Notes: generated from the letters alone by a model not told the origin. Positions 1-9,155 are shown, numbered from the stretch's first letter. The stretch: 32,000 bases of DNA from Acinetobacter wanghuae (GCF_009557235.1 NZ_CP045650.1:1500001-1532000); one strand, 5' to 3'. Numbers and translations: made by a program.

Positions 1-403
1 GTAATAGATCATTCGGGAATTCGATGTCGGCTTTGTCAATTTCATCAATTAACAACACACAGCGTTCATCACTGGTAAATGCTTCCCAAAGTTTACCCGG
101 TTTAATATAGTTTTTGATGTCATAGACACGATCATCGCCTAACTGACTGTCACGCAGACGCGATACCGCATCGTACTCATACAAACCTTGTTGCGCTTTC
201 GTGGTCGATTTAATGTGCCAAGTAATGAGTTTCATACCCAAACTTTCAGCCACTTGCTCAGCAAGTAAGGTTTTACCTGTTCCCGGCTCACCTTTGACTA
301 AAAGCGGTTTTTGCAGACTGCGCGCTGCTTTTACCGCAAGTTTGAGACTATCAGTCGCAATATACTGATCCGTACCTGAAAATTGTTGATGATCGACAGA
401 CAT
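1..403 (-). CDS. AAA+ ATPase, MoxR/AAA_5-like (N-terminal part; the gene continues beyond the left edge of the window)
   Basis: My reverse-strand translation from the ATG at 401-403 reads MSVDHQQFSGTDQYIATDSLKLAVKAARSLQKPLLVKGEPGTGKTLLAEQVAES..., with Walker A GEPGTGKT and later LLIDEIDKA (Walker B). The frame is open to position 1. It is missing from the ORF track because it is truncated by the window edge. Confidence 0.8.
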   Translation of the reverse strand, partial: MSVDHQQFSGTDQYIATDSLKLAVKAARSLQKPLLVKGEPGTGKTLLAEQVAESLGMKLITWHIKSTTKAQQGLYEYDAVSRLRDSQLGDDRVYDIKNYIKPGKLWEAFTSDERCVLLIDEIDKADIEFPNDLL

Positions 404-424
404 GACTTAACCTTATTGTTGTAT

Positions 425-808
425 TTACAGCGGTGAACTCTTCTTGTTCAAAACTATCTCTGGTTTATTCGCACGATAGTTTGACCAGCAATAGCCTAGC
501 AATGCACCAACACCTACGACAAATAAAATCAGTGACGCATTAATCCAAATTAAAGGTTGATCTTTGGTTAAAATCCCGAACAACAAACCAAATATTGCTG
601 GCGCGACTGAAGAATTCGGTCCTTCAGATACCGTAGGTGTCAGCAAAATGGCAAACATGATGATCCATAGCAAACCACCCACCGGTTTTGGAATACGCTT
701 GGTGACGCCGTACCAACACAACAGTGCAATGATACTGCCGATAACGTAGACTAAAATAGCGATTAAATCTTCAGGAATTGAATCCATTACAGCGACATAA
801 CCGTTCAT
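425..808 (-). CDS. Small integral membrane protein, function unknown
   Basis: 127-aa ORF with 3-4 hydrophobic segments. AGGAG sits 21 nt upstream, in the gap after ycgL, and the ORF ends 21 nt before the ATPase start. Confidence 0.6.
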   Translation of the reverse strand: MNGYVAVMDSIPEDLIAILVYVIGSIIALLCWYGVTKRIPKPVGGLLWIIMFAILLTPTVSEGPNSSVAPAIFGLLFGILTKDQPLIWINASLILFVVGVGALLGYCWSNYRANKPEIVLNKKSSPL

Positions 809-829
809 TTCACAACTCCTGAAATTGCA

Positions 830-1135
830 TTAAGCACCGCGAAGCCCTTCTGGCGCAGCAGCATTCGGATTAATTAAACCTTCTGGCGGCATTTGTAAGA
901 AGAAACCATTGGTTTCAATGGAATCCATCACATGCAATACATTAACACGCGCAAGTTTACGTGACTCACTGAGTTCCAAATGCATCACAAAAGTTGCACG
1001 ACCAAACGCAGTTTGTACCGCTTCAGGCAATACACTCAAAGGCTCGAATGTTTCTGCTTCGCTTTCAGTTTGTGGACGAGCAACGTAAAGATACATTTCG
1101 TCTTTTTTGCTCGATTTATAAATAGATACTTGCAT
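830..1135 (-). CDS. ycgL: YcgL-domain protein
   Basis: 101 aa. The N-terminus (V)[15 protein letters not shown] and the later GFFLQMPP match the pattern of E. coli YcgL (IYRSSKRDQTYLYV ... GYYLQLPP). Confidence 0.75.
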   Translation of the reverse strand: MQVSIYKSSKKDEMYLYVARPQTESEAETFEPLSVLPEAVQTAFGRATFVMHLELSESRKLARVNVLHVMDSIETNGFFLQMPPEGLINPNAAAPEGLRGA

Positions 1136-1177
1136 GTTTTACACGGTTTTCTAGGAAATCATTGGCAAGGATACATC

Positions 1178-1219
1178 AAAAAAAAGACAGATACATTAAC
1201 CATGGCGCGTGCATCAGTC
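1178..1219 (-). terminator. Possible intrinsic terminator after rnd
   Basis: On the minus strand an imperfect stem (GACTGAT ... ATCTGTC, one mismatch) is followed by a T8 run, seen as A8 at 1178-1185 on the plus strand. Confidence 0.35.
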
Positions 1220-1264
1220 GTGATTTTGTATAATTGCTTTTTCTTTAAGCAAATCTCATGACAT

Positions 1265-2407
1265 TCAATCGCGGACTTTCATTTGGGTCGACAAGTAAAA
1301 TTCATCTTCACGTAACAGTCGAATGAGTGGCAAGGTCAGTAATTCATAGCGCCAGCCCAATAGGTATTTCGGCAAATCTTGTTCGTCATTATGAAATACC
1401 ACATGTTGATACAGCGCAGTCATCCACTTCTTACGCATCAAAACTTCTTTAGGAACACAAAGATTCTGGGCAATCCCTTGAATAAAGTCATCAACTTTGT
1501 TGCCAATGTCTTGCGATGAATGACGAATTGGGCGTGCCAAACGCAATGGCCATTCTGCTTGCTCAGGCAAGAAGCTCAACAAATCTAAAATCGTTTTGCC
1601 ATAATCCCGAACCGTACTTGAGCGAATGTCTTTGACTTGACTCAATTGGAACATATTCTTTGGATTTTTCTCCACCATATCGAGCATGGTAGATGGCTTC
1701 AAAATAAAACTACGCGGTTGATTTAAGGCTTTAACAATGCCTTCACGCCACACCATCAGTTGTTGTAATTGCATGAGCTGACGGCGTGAATGACGGTAGT
1801 TGCCAACATCTTGATATAACAATGCTGTAGGCGTATCCAAACCAATTTCATGGGTTAAGTTTTGACAATCTTCAAGGGCAAAATCGAGTAAAGATTTCGC
1901 CGTTAAATCCTGTTTAATTTTGTCCGATAATTGCCCCAAATACACCACATCGTTGGCAGCATAACGTAGTTGCTCATCACTTAAAGGACGTGCCAACCAG
2001 TTAGAACGGGTTTGGTCTTTATCAATATCGACATCAAGCATTTGTTTAAGTGCGTTTTGATAACTGACTTGTAAGCCATGTCCCAAAAATGACATTCCGA
2101 CTTGAGTATCAAAGACGTTGTTGATGCTTTTGCTTTGTGTGTAATGATAAATCAGGTCGATATCTTCACTACAGGCATGGAAAATATTCAATTTCGCCTT
2201 AAAGATATATTGCCAAAATTCGGATAAATCCAGTGTGGTACCATCAAGCAAATAGACATGATTATCGACATTAATTTGGAACACACCAAGTTTTGGCCAC
2301 AAGGTGTCCACCTTGATAAACTCAGTATCCAAAGCATAGACCGAGCTATGTTGCATCAGGTTTAAAACTTGGGTTAAATCGGTTTGCTGCTGTATAAATT
2401 GAAACAT
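1265..2407 (-). CDS. rnd: Ribonuclease D (3'-5' exonuclease domain plus HRDC domain)
   Basis: 380 aa. DEDDy exonuclease motifs are present (ALDTEF, HACSEDIDL, YAANDVVYL). Length and layout are typical of RNase D. Confidence 0.9.
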   Translation of the reverse strand: MFQFIQQQTDLTQVLNLMQHSSVYALDTEFIKVDTLWPKLGVFQINVDNHVYLLDGTTLDLSEFWQYIFKAKLNIFHACSEDIDLIYHYTQSKSINNVFDTQVGMSFLGHGLQVSYQNALKQMLDVDIDKDQTRSNWLARPLSDEQLRYAANDVVYLGQLSDKIKQDLTAKSLLDFALEDCQNLTHEIGLDTPTALLYQDVGNYRHSRRQLMQLQQLMVWREGIVKALNQPRSFILKPSTMLDMVEKNPKNMFQLSQVKDIRSSTVRDYGKTILDLLSFLPEQAEWPLRLARPIRHSSQDIGNKVDDFIQGIAQNLCVPKEVLMRKKWMTALYQHVVFHNDEQDLPKYLLGWRYELLTLPLIRLLREDEFYLSTQMKVRD

Positions 2408-2583
2408 AAAACAGAGTCTAAAATTAGATGCTCGATGGCGACTATCTTAAACCATATATAGAAATTTTCTATAAAATTGGTACATTTTTATAACATTTTC
2501 CGAAACTTAAGAAATACTTAATCGTTCATTTATTTAAATTAATATATTTTTTGTATAAATAAAAATAGCCACGACCAAAATGA

Positions 2584-3180
2584 CTATTTCATGCGCATCC
2601 GATTATGTACAGCCTGACTCAATGTATGGCTATCGACGTACTCAAGCTCACCGCCTTGTGGGACACCTTGGGCAATTCGCGTGATGTGCAACGGTAAATG
2701 CTTACTTGCCTCAACCAAATAATGGGCTGTTGCCTGACCTTCAACAGTGGCATTGGTTGCTAGAATCACTTCTTTGACCTTGCCTTGACTTAAGCGTTGA
2801 ATCAAATACGGAATACCAATTTCTTCGGGTCCAATCCCATCTAAGGGTGATAAATGCCCACCTAAAACATGATATTTACCACGGAAGCTACCACTTTGCT
2901 CAATCGCCATGACATCTGCGGGTGATTCAACTACACAGAGTAATTCATCATCACGCTCGTGCGAGCTGCAAATATGACAGACGTCATCTTCGGTTAAAGA
3001 ATGGCAAATCGTGCATTCATGAATGTGATCTGTCGCTTCGGTCAAGGCTTGTGCTAAACCGATTGCACCTTCACGATTTTTCATAATCATATGCAATGCC
3101 ATACGCTGAGCCGATTTCGGCCCAACGCTTGGCAAAATGCGTAATGCTTGAACAAGTTGATCAAAACGATCACTAAACAT
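2584..3180 (-). CDS. recR: Recombination protein RecR
   Basis: 198 aa, with an N-terminal helix-hairpin-helix (LPSVGPKSAQRMA), a Cys4 zinc finger (CTICHSL...CHIC) and a Toprim region. Confidence 0.95.
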   Translation of the reverse strand: MFSDRFDQLVQALRILPSVGPKSAQRMALHMIMKNREGAIGLAQALTEATDHIHECTICHSLTEDDVCHICSSHERDDELLCVVESPADVMAIEQSGSFRGKYHVLGGHLSPLDGIGPEEIGIPYLIQRLSQGKVKEVILATNATVEGQATAHYLVEASKHLPLHITRIAQGVPQGGELEYVDSHTLSQAVHNRMRMK

Positions 3181-3193
3181 TGCGCATTCTTCC

Positions 3194-3523
3194 TTAGAAC
3201 ATACCTGCTAAGCCAGGTGGTAAACCCATACCTGAATTTGCCGATTTTAATTTCTCTTCAGAAATCGCTTCAGCCTGACGTGCAGCATCATTCATTGCAG
3301 CAGCAATCAAGTCTTCAATCATATCGGCATCATCTTGAAGTAATTCAGGATTAATTTCGATACGCTTCACCACATTACGGCAAGTCATGGTGACTTTCAC
3401 TAAACCACCGCCCGCTTCTGCTTGAACTTCAGTCAGCGCAAGTTGCTCTTTCACTTTCTTGATGTTGTTTTCAGCTTCTTTCTGCATGCGCTGAGCTTGC
3501 TGCATTAACATATTAATGTTCAT
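3194..3523 (-). CDS. ybaB: Nucleoid-associated protein YbaB/EbfC
   Basis: 109 aa. [10 protein letters not shown]...[11 protein letters not shown] is typical of the family, and the gene sits immediately upstream of recR as in most bacteria. Confidence 0.9.
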   Translation of the reverse strand: MNINMLMQQAQRMQKEAENNIKKVKEQLALTEVQAEAGGGLVKVTMTCRNVVKRIEINPELLQDDADMIEDLIAAAMNDAARQAEAISEEKLKSANSGMGLPPGLAGMF

Positions 3524-3552
3524 AAATATCTCCGAACATACATTTTATAAAA

Positions 3553-4740
3553 TTAGATGAGATCTAAACCGCGACGAATATCACGAATAATATCACCAAT
3601 CTCTTCCAAACCAACAGAAACACGGATTAAACCTTCACGAATACCCGCAGCTTCTTTCGCATCGCTTGATAATTTACCATGTGTGGTGGTTGCAGGATGA
3701 GTAATGGTTGATTTCGCATCACCCAAGTTACCGGTGATTGAAATGAATTGGGTGTTATCAATCACTTTCCAAGCGCCCTCGCGACCGCCTTTGACTTCAA
3801 AAGATACAATACCGCCAAAGCCTGTTTGCTGTTTCACTGCCAAGTCATGACCAACATGCTCAGGTAGACCTGCGTAATACACTTTTTCCACATTTGGATG
3901 TGCGTTTAAGAATTCAGCCAATTGCTGAGCATTCGATGAATGTTCGCGCATACGTAAACGTAAAGTTTCGAGACCTTTTAAGAACACCCAAGCATTGAAT
4001 GGGCTCATTGAAGGACCTGTAGTACGGACATAACCAAACACATCTTCTAGTAATTTGGCATTACCCACCACTGCACCACCTAATGCACGACCTTGACCAT
4101 CTAAATATTTAGTCGCTGAATATACGACTAAGTCAGCACCGAATTTAATCGGTTGCTGTAAGACGGGTGTACAGAAGCTGTTATCAATCGCAAATAATGC
4201 ACCATTGGCATGCGCAATATCTGCAAGTGCTTGAATGTCAGCCACTTCAGCAAGTGGATTTGATGGCGATTCAACAAACAGTAATTTTGTTTCCGCTTTA
4301 ATGGCATTTTCCCATGCATCAAGATCGGTCAAATCGACAAAATCTACAGTAACACCAAATTTTGCGACATATTTTTCAAACAATGCTACGGTTGAGCCAA
4401 ATACAGCGCGTGAACAAATAACATGATCACCCGCTTTCAAATATGCCATTGCCACTGCCATAATAGCTGCCATACCTGAACTGGTCGCTACGGCGCGTTC
4501 AGCACCTTCAAGTGCAGCAAGGCGTTTTTCGAACATGGCTACAGTGGGATTTGTAAAGCGTGAATAGATATTCCCTGGTTCTTGACCCGAGAATTTAGCA
4601 GCAGCTTCTGCTGCATTTTCATAGACAAATGACGATGTTAAGTAGATTGGTTCTGCATGTTCACCCTCGAAACTACGCGTATGACCTGTGCGAATGGCTA
4701 AAGTTTCTAATTGGTATGAAATATCGTCTTGTTGGCTCAT
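3553..4740 (-). CDS. metZ: O-succinylhomoserine sulfhydrylase (PLP-dependent Cys/Met metabolism family)
   Basis: 395 aa, with LAIRTG...EPIYLTSSF, YSRFTNPTV and the PLP-lysine context SATKYLDGQG. I assigned MetZ rather than MetB/MetY by overall resemblance only. Confidence 0.8.
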   Translation of the reverse strand: MSQQDDISYQLETLAIRTGHTRSFEGEHAEPIYLTSSFVYENAAEAAAKFSGQEPGNIYSRFTNPTVAMFEKRLAALEGAERAVATSSGMAAIMAVAMAYLKAGDHVICSRAVFGSTVALFEKYVAKFGVTVDFVDLTDLDAWENAIKAETKLLFVESPSNPLAEVADIQALADIAHANGALFAIDNSFCTPVLQQPIKFGADLVVYSATKYLDGQGRALGGAVVGNAKLLEDVFGYVRTTGPSMSPFNAWVFLKGLETLRLRMREHSSNAQQLAEFLNAHPNVEKVYYAGLPEHVGHDLAVKQQTGFGGIVSFEVKGGREGAWKVIDNTQFISITGNLGDAKSTITHPATTTHGKLSSDAKEAAGIREGLIRVSVGLEEIGDIIRDIRRGLDLI

Positions 4741-4882
4741 TACGTCTACTCAGCCCCACGGACTGCCTTTTGTAAAAAATTGCCAACATTTTGATCGTCT
4801 AAGCTATTATCGGTCAAGGCATAATAAGCAAATATTGCTTAGACTTCGACCAATCCTCCAAGGACACGGATAAAATTTTCAC

Positions 4883-5980
4883 ATGATTCAACTTAAACAA
4901 AACTTTCAACGTCAGCAAAAAAAGTTAAAACATCTGAGCGCACGGGTTTTTAATGCCTCATCTTTGGTTTTATCTCAAAAAACCCCCTTCGATTACATCG
5001 CTGATCTTGAGTTTTGCAAGGTACGTTGTTATGCATCACCGAATAAACACTATCGTGAGCCATTGGTCTTTGTCGCACCGCTTGCCATCAATATGGACAT
5101 TTACGATTTATATCCCTATCGCTCATTGGTCAAGCATTATCAGCACAGCGGTTTTGATGTGTATTTGGTGGAATGGAAACATTTTAACTATAAACATCGT
5201 GAACTGAATTTCATGTCATTTATCGACAATGCCATCCCGAAAGCAATTGATGCAATTTGTGCCCATTCTGGCAGCGAGCAGATTTCACTGCATGGTTGGA
5301 GTATGGCAGGTGTTTTTGTCACCCTCTATACAGCGCTGCATAGTCCTGAGCATGTCAAAAACCTGATTGTGGTGGGTAGCCCAATCGACAGTTATGCATC
5401 GGGTCGCGTGGGCAAACTGTTTGAAACCACCAACCAACTGATTTCTAAAAATTCAAACCTTCAACAACTGGTGCACACTGGTCAAATTCCCAAACAATAT
5501 ATTCATACTCCCGGTATCTTAAATGCGCTTGGATTTAAGTTACTTGATCCTTTAGGGTGGTTCAAAAGTCAAAAACAGTTCTTGTTTAATTTAGACAAGG
5601 TCGAAAATGTCTATGAACATGCCACCATGGGACAATTTTTAAATAAGATGATTGATTATCCCGGTGGCATTAACCAAGACATGGTCTTGCACCTCTGGCT
5701 ACAAAACCCGCTTAAGCAAGGTTCAATCCAATTGGGCGACACCTGTGTCGATTTAAAAAACATCCAATGCTCGTTATTGGTCGGTGCAGGCTTATCCGAT
5801 CAAATTGTCACAGAAGAAGCGGCTAAGCCTTTAATTGAATTGACAAGTAGTACTGACGTCACGTTTACTCAGATTCCCGGTGGGCATTTGGGTTTAATGT
5901 CGAATCAAAAGTCAGCCAATGTTTTTTGGCCAAAAATGACCACTTGGCTATCTCAGCGATCTACTCCTGTAGATCAATAA
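4883..5980 (+). CDS. Alpha/beta hydrolase related to class III PHA-synthase (PhaC)-type proteins
   Basis: 365 aa. YDLYPYRSLVKHYQHSGFDVYLVEW resembles the PhaC class III N-terminal region. The nucleophile elbow is GWSMAG (Ser, not Cys), and there is a C-terminal GGHLG. Confidence 0.7.
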   Translation: MIQLKQNFQRQQKKLKHLSARVFNASSLVLSQKTPFDYIADLEFCKVRCYASPNKHYREPLVFVAPLAINMDIYDLYPYRSLVKHYQHSGFDVYLVEWKHFNYKHRELNFMSFIDNAIPKAIDAICAHSGSEQISLHGWSMAGVFVTLYTALHSPEHVKNLIVVGSPIDSYASGRVGKLFETTNQLISKNSNLQQLVHTGQIPKQYIHTPGILNALGFKLLDPLGWFKSQKQFLFNLDKVENVYEHATMGQFLNKMIDYPGGINQDMVLHLWLQNPLKQGSIQLGDTCVDLKNIQCSLLVGAGLSDQIVTEEAAKPLIELTSSTDVTFTQIPGGHLGLMSNQKSANVFWPKMTTWLSQRSTPVDQ

Positions 5981-6021
5981 TCTGTGCTGAATAGTATTTA
6001 AAATAATATTGAGGGTTTGAG

Positions 6022-6894
6022 ATGATTCAGTCAGTTGCATTTATTGGTTTGGGCGCGATGGGTTACCGCATGGCAGCACATTTACCTCAGCATTTTGACA
6101 CAGTCATGGTATGGAATCGTAATTTTGCCAAAGCAGAACAACATGCAGCTGAATATGCGACACACGCTGTTTCACTTGAAGCTGCTGCACAAGCGGATAT
6201 TATTTTCTCTTGCTTACCCACCAGTGCCGATGTTGAACAACTGATTCAAACCCTAGACATTAAAAAAGGTGCGATTTGGGTCGATTGCACCAGTGGCGTA
6301 CCTGATTCTGCAAAAAAATTAGCACAAGACCTCGCTGAAAAAGATGTGACTTTTTTGGATGCACCCGTGAGTGGCCAGACGATTGGTGCTGAAAATGGCA
6401 CCCTTACCGTGATGGTCGGTGGTGACATAAAGGCTTTTGAAAAAGCTTTACCTGCGATGCAAGCCTTTGGTGGTTTAATTAAACATGTGGGCGAATCGGG
6501 TGCAGGATTTGCTGTCAAAGCGGTAAACAATATGTTAATGGCTGTAAATCTTTGTGCGGTAGCGGAAGGTTTCACCACGCTAAAAGCACATGGCGTTGAT
6601 TTAACAGAAGCACTAGATTGTATCAATGCCTCAAGTGGTAAAAGCATGGTCACTGAAACCGTTTTACCACAGCGCATTTTGAATCGCAGCTTCCCGCTGA
6701 CCTTTGCCCTGCCTTTACTTGCTAAAGATTCAGGTATTGCAGTCGATCTTGCTCGTGAAGCAAAACTTAGCACGCCTGTTTTATCTATTGCACAAAATAT
6801 GATTCAAGCGGCAAGTGCTTTATCGGATAAGGAAAGTGATTTTTCCAGTGCTGTGAAAATGTATGAATCATGGAGTAAAATCACACTTGAGTAA
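6022..6894 (+). CDS. NAD(P)-dependent oxidoreductase, 3-hydroxyisobutyrate dehydrogenase / 6-phosphogluconate-dehydrogenase-like family
   Basis: 290 aa, with an N-terminal Rossmann motif FIGLGAMGYRMA, DAPVSG and GAGFAVKAVNN motifs. GAGGG lies 7 nt upstream of the ATG. Confidence 0.85.
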   Translation: MIQSVAFIGLGAMGYRMAAHLPQHFDTVMVWNRNFAKAEQHAAEYATHAVSLEAAAQADIIFSCLPTSADVEQLIQTLDIKKGAIWVDCTSGVPDSAKKLAQDLAEKDVTFLDAPVSGQTIGAENGTLTVMVGGDIKAFEKALPAMQAFGGLIKHVGESGAGFAVKAVNNMLMAVNLCAVAEGFTTLKAHGVDLTEALDCINASSGKSMVTETVLPQRILNRSFPLTFALPLLAKDSGIAVDLAREAKLSTPVLSIAQNMIQAASALSDKESDFSSAVKMYESWSKITLE

Positions 6895-6976
6895 TATCTC
6901 GCCATTGAACAATCATAATTAAACCTCATATTGTGTATAGATCAGCACATAAATTGAACATTTCAGAGGAAATCTC

Positions 6977-7243
6977 ATGAACAAATTGACTGTTGCAGCG
7001 GTAATGAGCCTTGCGACTTTGCTCGGGGCTTCAACTACGGTTTTTGCGTCTGAACAAGAATGCAAAAAATTAAAAAATGATCATGATGTGATTTATGCAT
7101 CAAAAGGTTTCTGTTTTAAAGATGCAGAAGCAAAAGCAAAATTTAATGAGGATTGCCGTACCCCAAATCCAAAATTTAATGAAAAAGAGAAACAAAAGCT
7201 TGACGCAATTAAAGAACGTCAGAAAGAATTGAAATGTGACTAA
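6977..7243 (+). CDS. Small secreted Lys-rich protein with a YARHG-like motif
   Basis: 88 aa with a signal peptide ([26 protein letters not shown]). [19 protein letters not shown] resembles the YARHG-domain core IYARHGY.FKD. It has four Cys. AGAGGAAA lies upstream of the ATG. Confidence 0.6.
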   Translation: MNKLTVAAVMSLATLLGASTTVFASEQECKKLKNDHDVIYASKGFCFKDAEAKAKFNEDCRTPNPKFNEKEKQKLDAIKERQKELKCD

Positions 7244-7272
7244 GTCCATTCAAAACATTCAAGGAATACAGC

Positions 7273-7686
7273 ATGAGCTATGATGATCAAAACATTTTTG
7301 CAAAAATTTTACGTGGTGAAATCCCAGCGATTAAAGTCTACGAAGATGAACAGGTTCTTGCATTTATGGACATCATGCCACAGGCAGATGGACACACTTT
7401 AGTGATTCCTAAATCGCCTGCGGTGACTTTACTTGATTTAGCACCTGACGCTGCGGCTTATACCATTCAAATCGTGCAAAAAGTTGCGAAAGCAATTGAA
7501 AAAGCCTTAGGTGTGGAAGGTATTGTACTGATGCAACTCTCTGGTGCTGCCGCAGGTCAAACCGTTCCTCATGTGCATTTCCATTTGATTCCAAGCTCAG
7601 TACATGAGCTTGGTAAACATGCAGCACAAATGGGTGATCAAGAAAAAATCAAAGCGCTTGCTGAAAAGATTAAAGCTGCACTTTAA
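7273..7686 (+). CDS. HIT-family (histidine triad) nucleotide hydrolase/transferase
   Basis: 137 aa. The N-terminus [12 protein letters not shown] and the histidine triad HVHFHLIP are both present. Confidence 0.9.
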   Translation: MSYDDQNIFAKILRGEIPAIKVYEDEQVLAFMDIMPQADGHTLVIPKSPAVTLLDLAPDAAAYTIQIVQKVAKAIEKALGVEGIVLMQLSGAAAGQTVPHVHFHLIPSSVHELGKHAAQMGDQEKIKALAEKIKAAL

Positions 7687-7702
7687 TTTTATCTATAAAT
7701 AC

Positions 7703-7729
7703 AAAAAGGAGCTTCGGCTCCTTTTTATT
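7703..7729 (+). terminator. Rho-independent terminator after the HIT gene
   Basis: AAAAAGGAGC-TTCG-GCTCCTTTTT: a GC-containing stem with a TTCG loop and a T-run. Confidence 0.8.
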
Positions 7730-7826
7730 TGATCAATACATGTATTTTTATTATTTATCTTCCTCAAACAAACGCATTGATCTTCAAACATCTTATTGAA
7801 TGATCAACGTCAACACGACATGTTTT

Positions 7827-7859
7827 ATGACAAAACCATGACCAATATATGACAATATC
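7827..7859. promoter_or_regulatory. Three direct repeats ATGAC[A/C]A at exact 11-bp phasing (Pho-box-like on the minus strand)
   Basis: The repeats ATGACAAAACC / ATGACCAATAT / ATGACAATATC start at 7827, 7838 and 7849. The reverse complement, TTGTCATATATTGGTCAT, matches 15 of 18 positions of the CTGTCATAWAWCTGTCAY consensus. Confidence 0.3.
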
Positions 7860-8012
7860 AATAAATTAACATTCTGATTATATTTAATATTTTTGAAATA
7901 TTTCCTTCACCTTACTGACTTATTTGTCATCAATACTGAGCACCAATAGAGATGTAGCGATCTATGTCACTACAGAAATTCAAGACCACAGAAGTCTTTA
8001 TTGGAGCACACA

Positions 8013-9107
8013 ATGAAAAAAACCTTCATCGCACTTACGCTTGGGGCAACCGTATTTACACCAATCGTCGCGTCTGCCGCAGATGTCAAAATTTATGGCC
8101 GTGCGCATGTTTCTTTGGATTATTTAGATGACGGTAAAAATTACGACGAAATCGGGCTTTCTTCTAATTCATCACGTTTAGGTTTTAAAGTTGAACAAAA
8201 AATAAATGATGACCTCCATGTTTTCGCACAAATTGAGCAAGAAATTAGCTTTGCAAGTGGCGATCAAGATTCAAAAGCGGTAAATTTTTCGACACGTGAT
8301 ACGTTTGTCGGTGTTAAAAATGCGCAGTATGGTCAACTCCGTGCAGGTCGCTTCGATAGCCCGTTCAAAATTGCACGTGGACCTGTCAACTACTTCGGTG
8401 ACATGGTGGGTGATGTACGCAATGTGACGCGTGTTGGCGACTTAAAGTTTGATGAGCGCAATGAAAATACCCTTGAATATAAATCACCTAAATTTGCAGA
8501 TGGCTTTAATGTGCTTGCAGCCATTTCCATGAACTCAGGCAAAGAAAATTCAAAAATAGCAGATGGCGAAGGTAAATCAGACAGTAAAGCTTACGATCTT
8601 GCACTGACCTATAAAAAAGACCGAATCGACTTTGCTGCGGCTTATCAAAAATATGGCAAGAATGCAGCCAATACCGCTACACCAACAGCAACTACCGATT
8701 CAGAGCGTGAAGCGTTCCGTCTTGCAGGCAGCTATAAGGTGACTGAAGATTTAAGCCTAGGTGCTTTATATCAAATGGCACAATTTGAAGATTCTGCTCG
8801 TGATCTAGATGCTCAAGTGTGGGGAATTGCCGGCGAATATAAATTAACCCCGAAAACCGCGCTACGTGGCGAATATTTCTATCGTGATGTCGAGCGCGAT
8901 GATGCCAATACCAGCTTGATTGCGCTTGGCGTTGAACACAAACTTGACCCAGCACTACGCTTGTACGGCAACGTTGCAACCACGCTGAATGATAAAAATG
9001 CCAACCTCACCCCATGGAAAGAAGGTCGAAGTCTAGGTAATGGAATCAGTGGCTCGACAGGCGAAGATGCCCTTGCACTATCATTGGGTATGCGTTACGA
9101 CTTCTAA
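8013..9107 (+). CDS. Outer-membrane general porin (Gram-negative trimeric porin family)
   Basis: Signal peptide MKKTFIALTLGATVFTPIVASA/AD, then VKIYGRAHVSLDY...SRLGFK, alternating beta-strand patterns, and a C-terminal ...LGMRYDF ending in Phe. I chose the ATG at 8013 (GGAG at 8003-8006) over the TTG at 8001 in the ORF track. Confidence 0.88.
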   Translation: MKKTFIALTLGATVFTPIVASAADVKIYGRAHVSLDYLDDGKNYDEIGLSSNSSRLGFKVEQKINDDLHVFAQIEQEISFASGDQDSKAVNFSTRDTFVGVKNAQYGQLRAGRFDSPFKIARGPVNYFGDMVGDVRNVTRVGDLKFDERNENTLEYKSPKFADGFNVLAAISMNSGKENSKIADGEGKSDSKAYDLALTYKKDRIDFAAAYQKYGKNAANTATPTATTDSEREAFRLAGSYKVTEDLSLGALYQMAQFEDSARDLDAQVWGIAGEYKLTPKTALRGEYFYRDVERDDANTSLIALGVEHKLDPALRLYGNVATTLNDKNANLTPWKEGRSLGNGISGSTGEDALALSLGMRYDF

Positions 9108-9125
9108 CAATACTTTAAAACAGAG

Positions 9126-9155
9126 AAGGACATCTTGAAAGGTGTCCTTTTTTTT
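9126..9155 (+). terminator. Rho-independent terminator after the porin gene
   Basis: AAGGACATC-TTGAAA-GGTGTCCTT: a 9-bp stem with one G-U pair, running into a T8 tract. Confidence 0.8.

Noticed and set aside
4742-4802. Two CGTCTA motifs resembling halves of the MetJ met box (AGACGTCT) upstream of metZ.
   Set aside because: Met boxes act as tandem adjacent 8-mers. These are about 50 bp apart and only partial matches. MetJ is not expected outside the Enterobacterales/Vibrio-type lineages.
6246-6773. A 175-aa ORF antisense to the 3-hydroxyisobutyrate-dehydrogenase-like gene.
   Set aside because: It lies entirely inside a well-supported gene on the opposite strand. Its composition is Ser/Ala/Pro/Lys-rich, with no start context or motifs. 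This is a typical shadow ORF.
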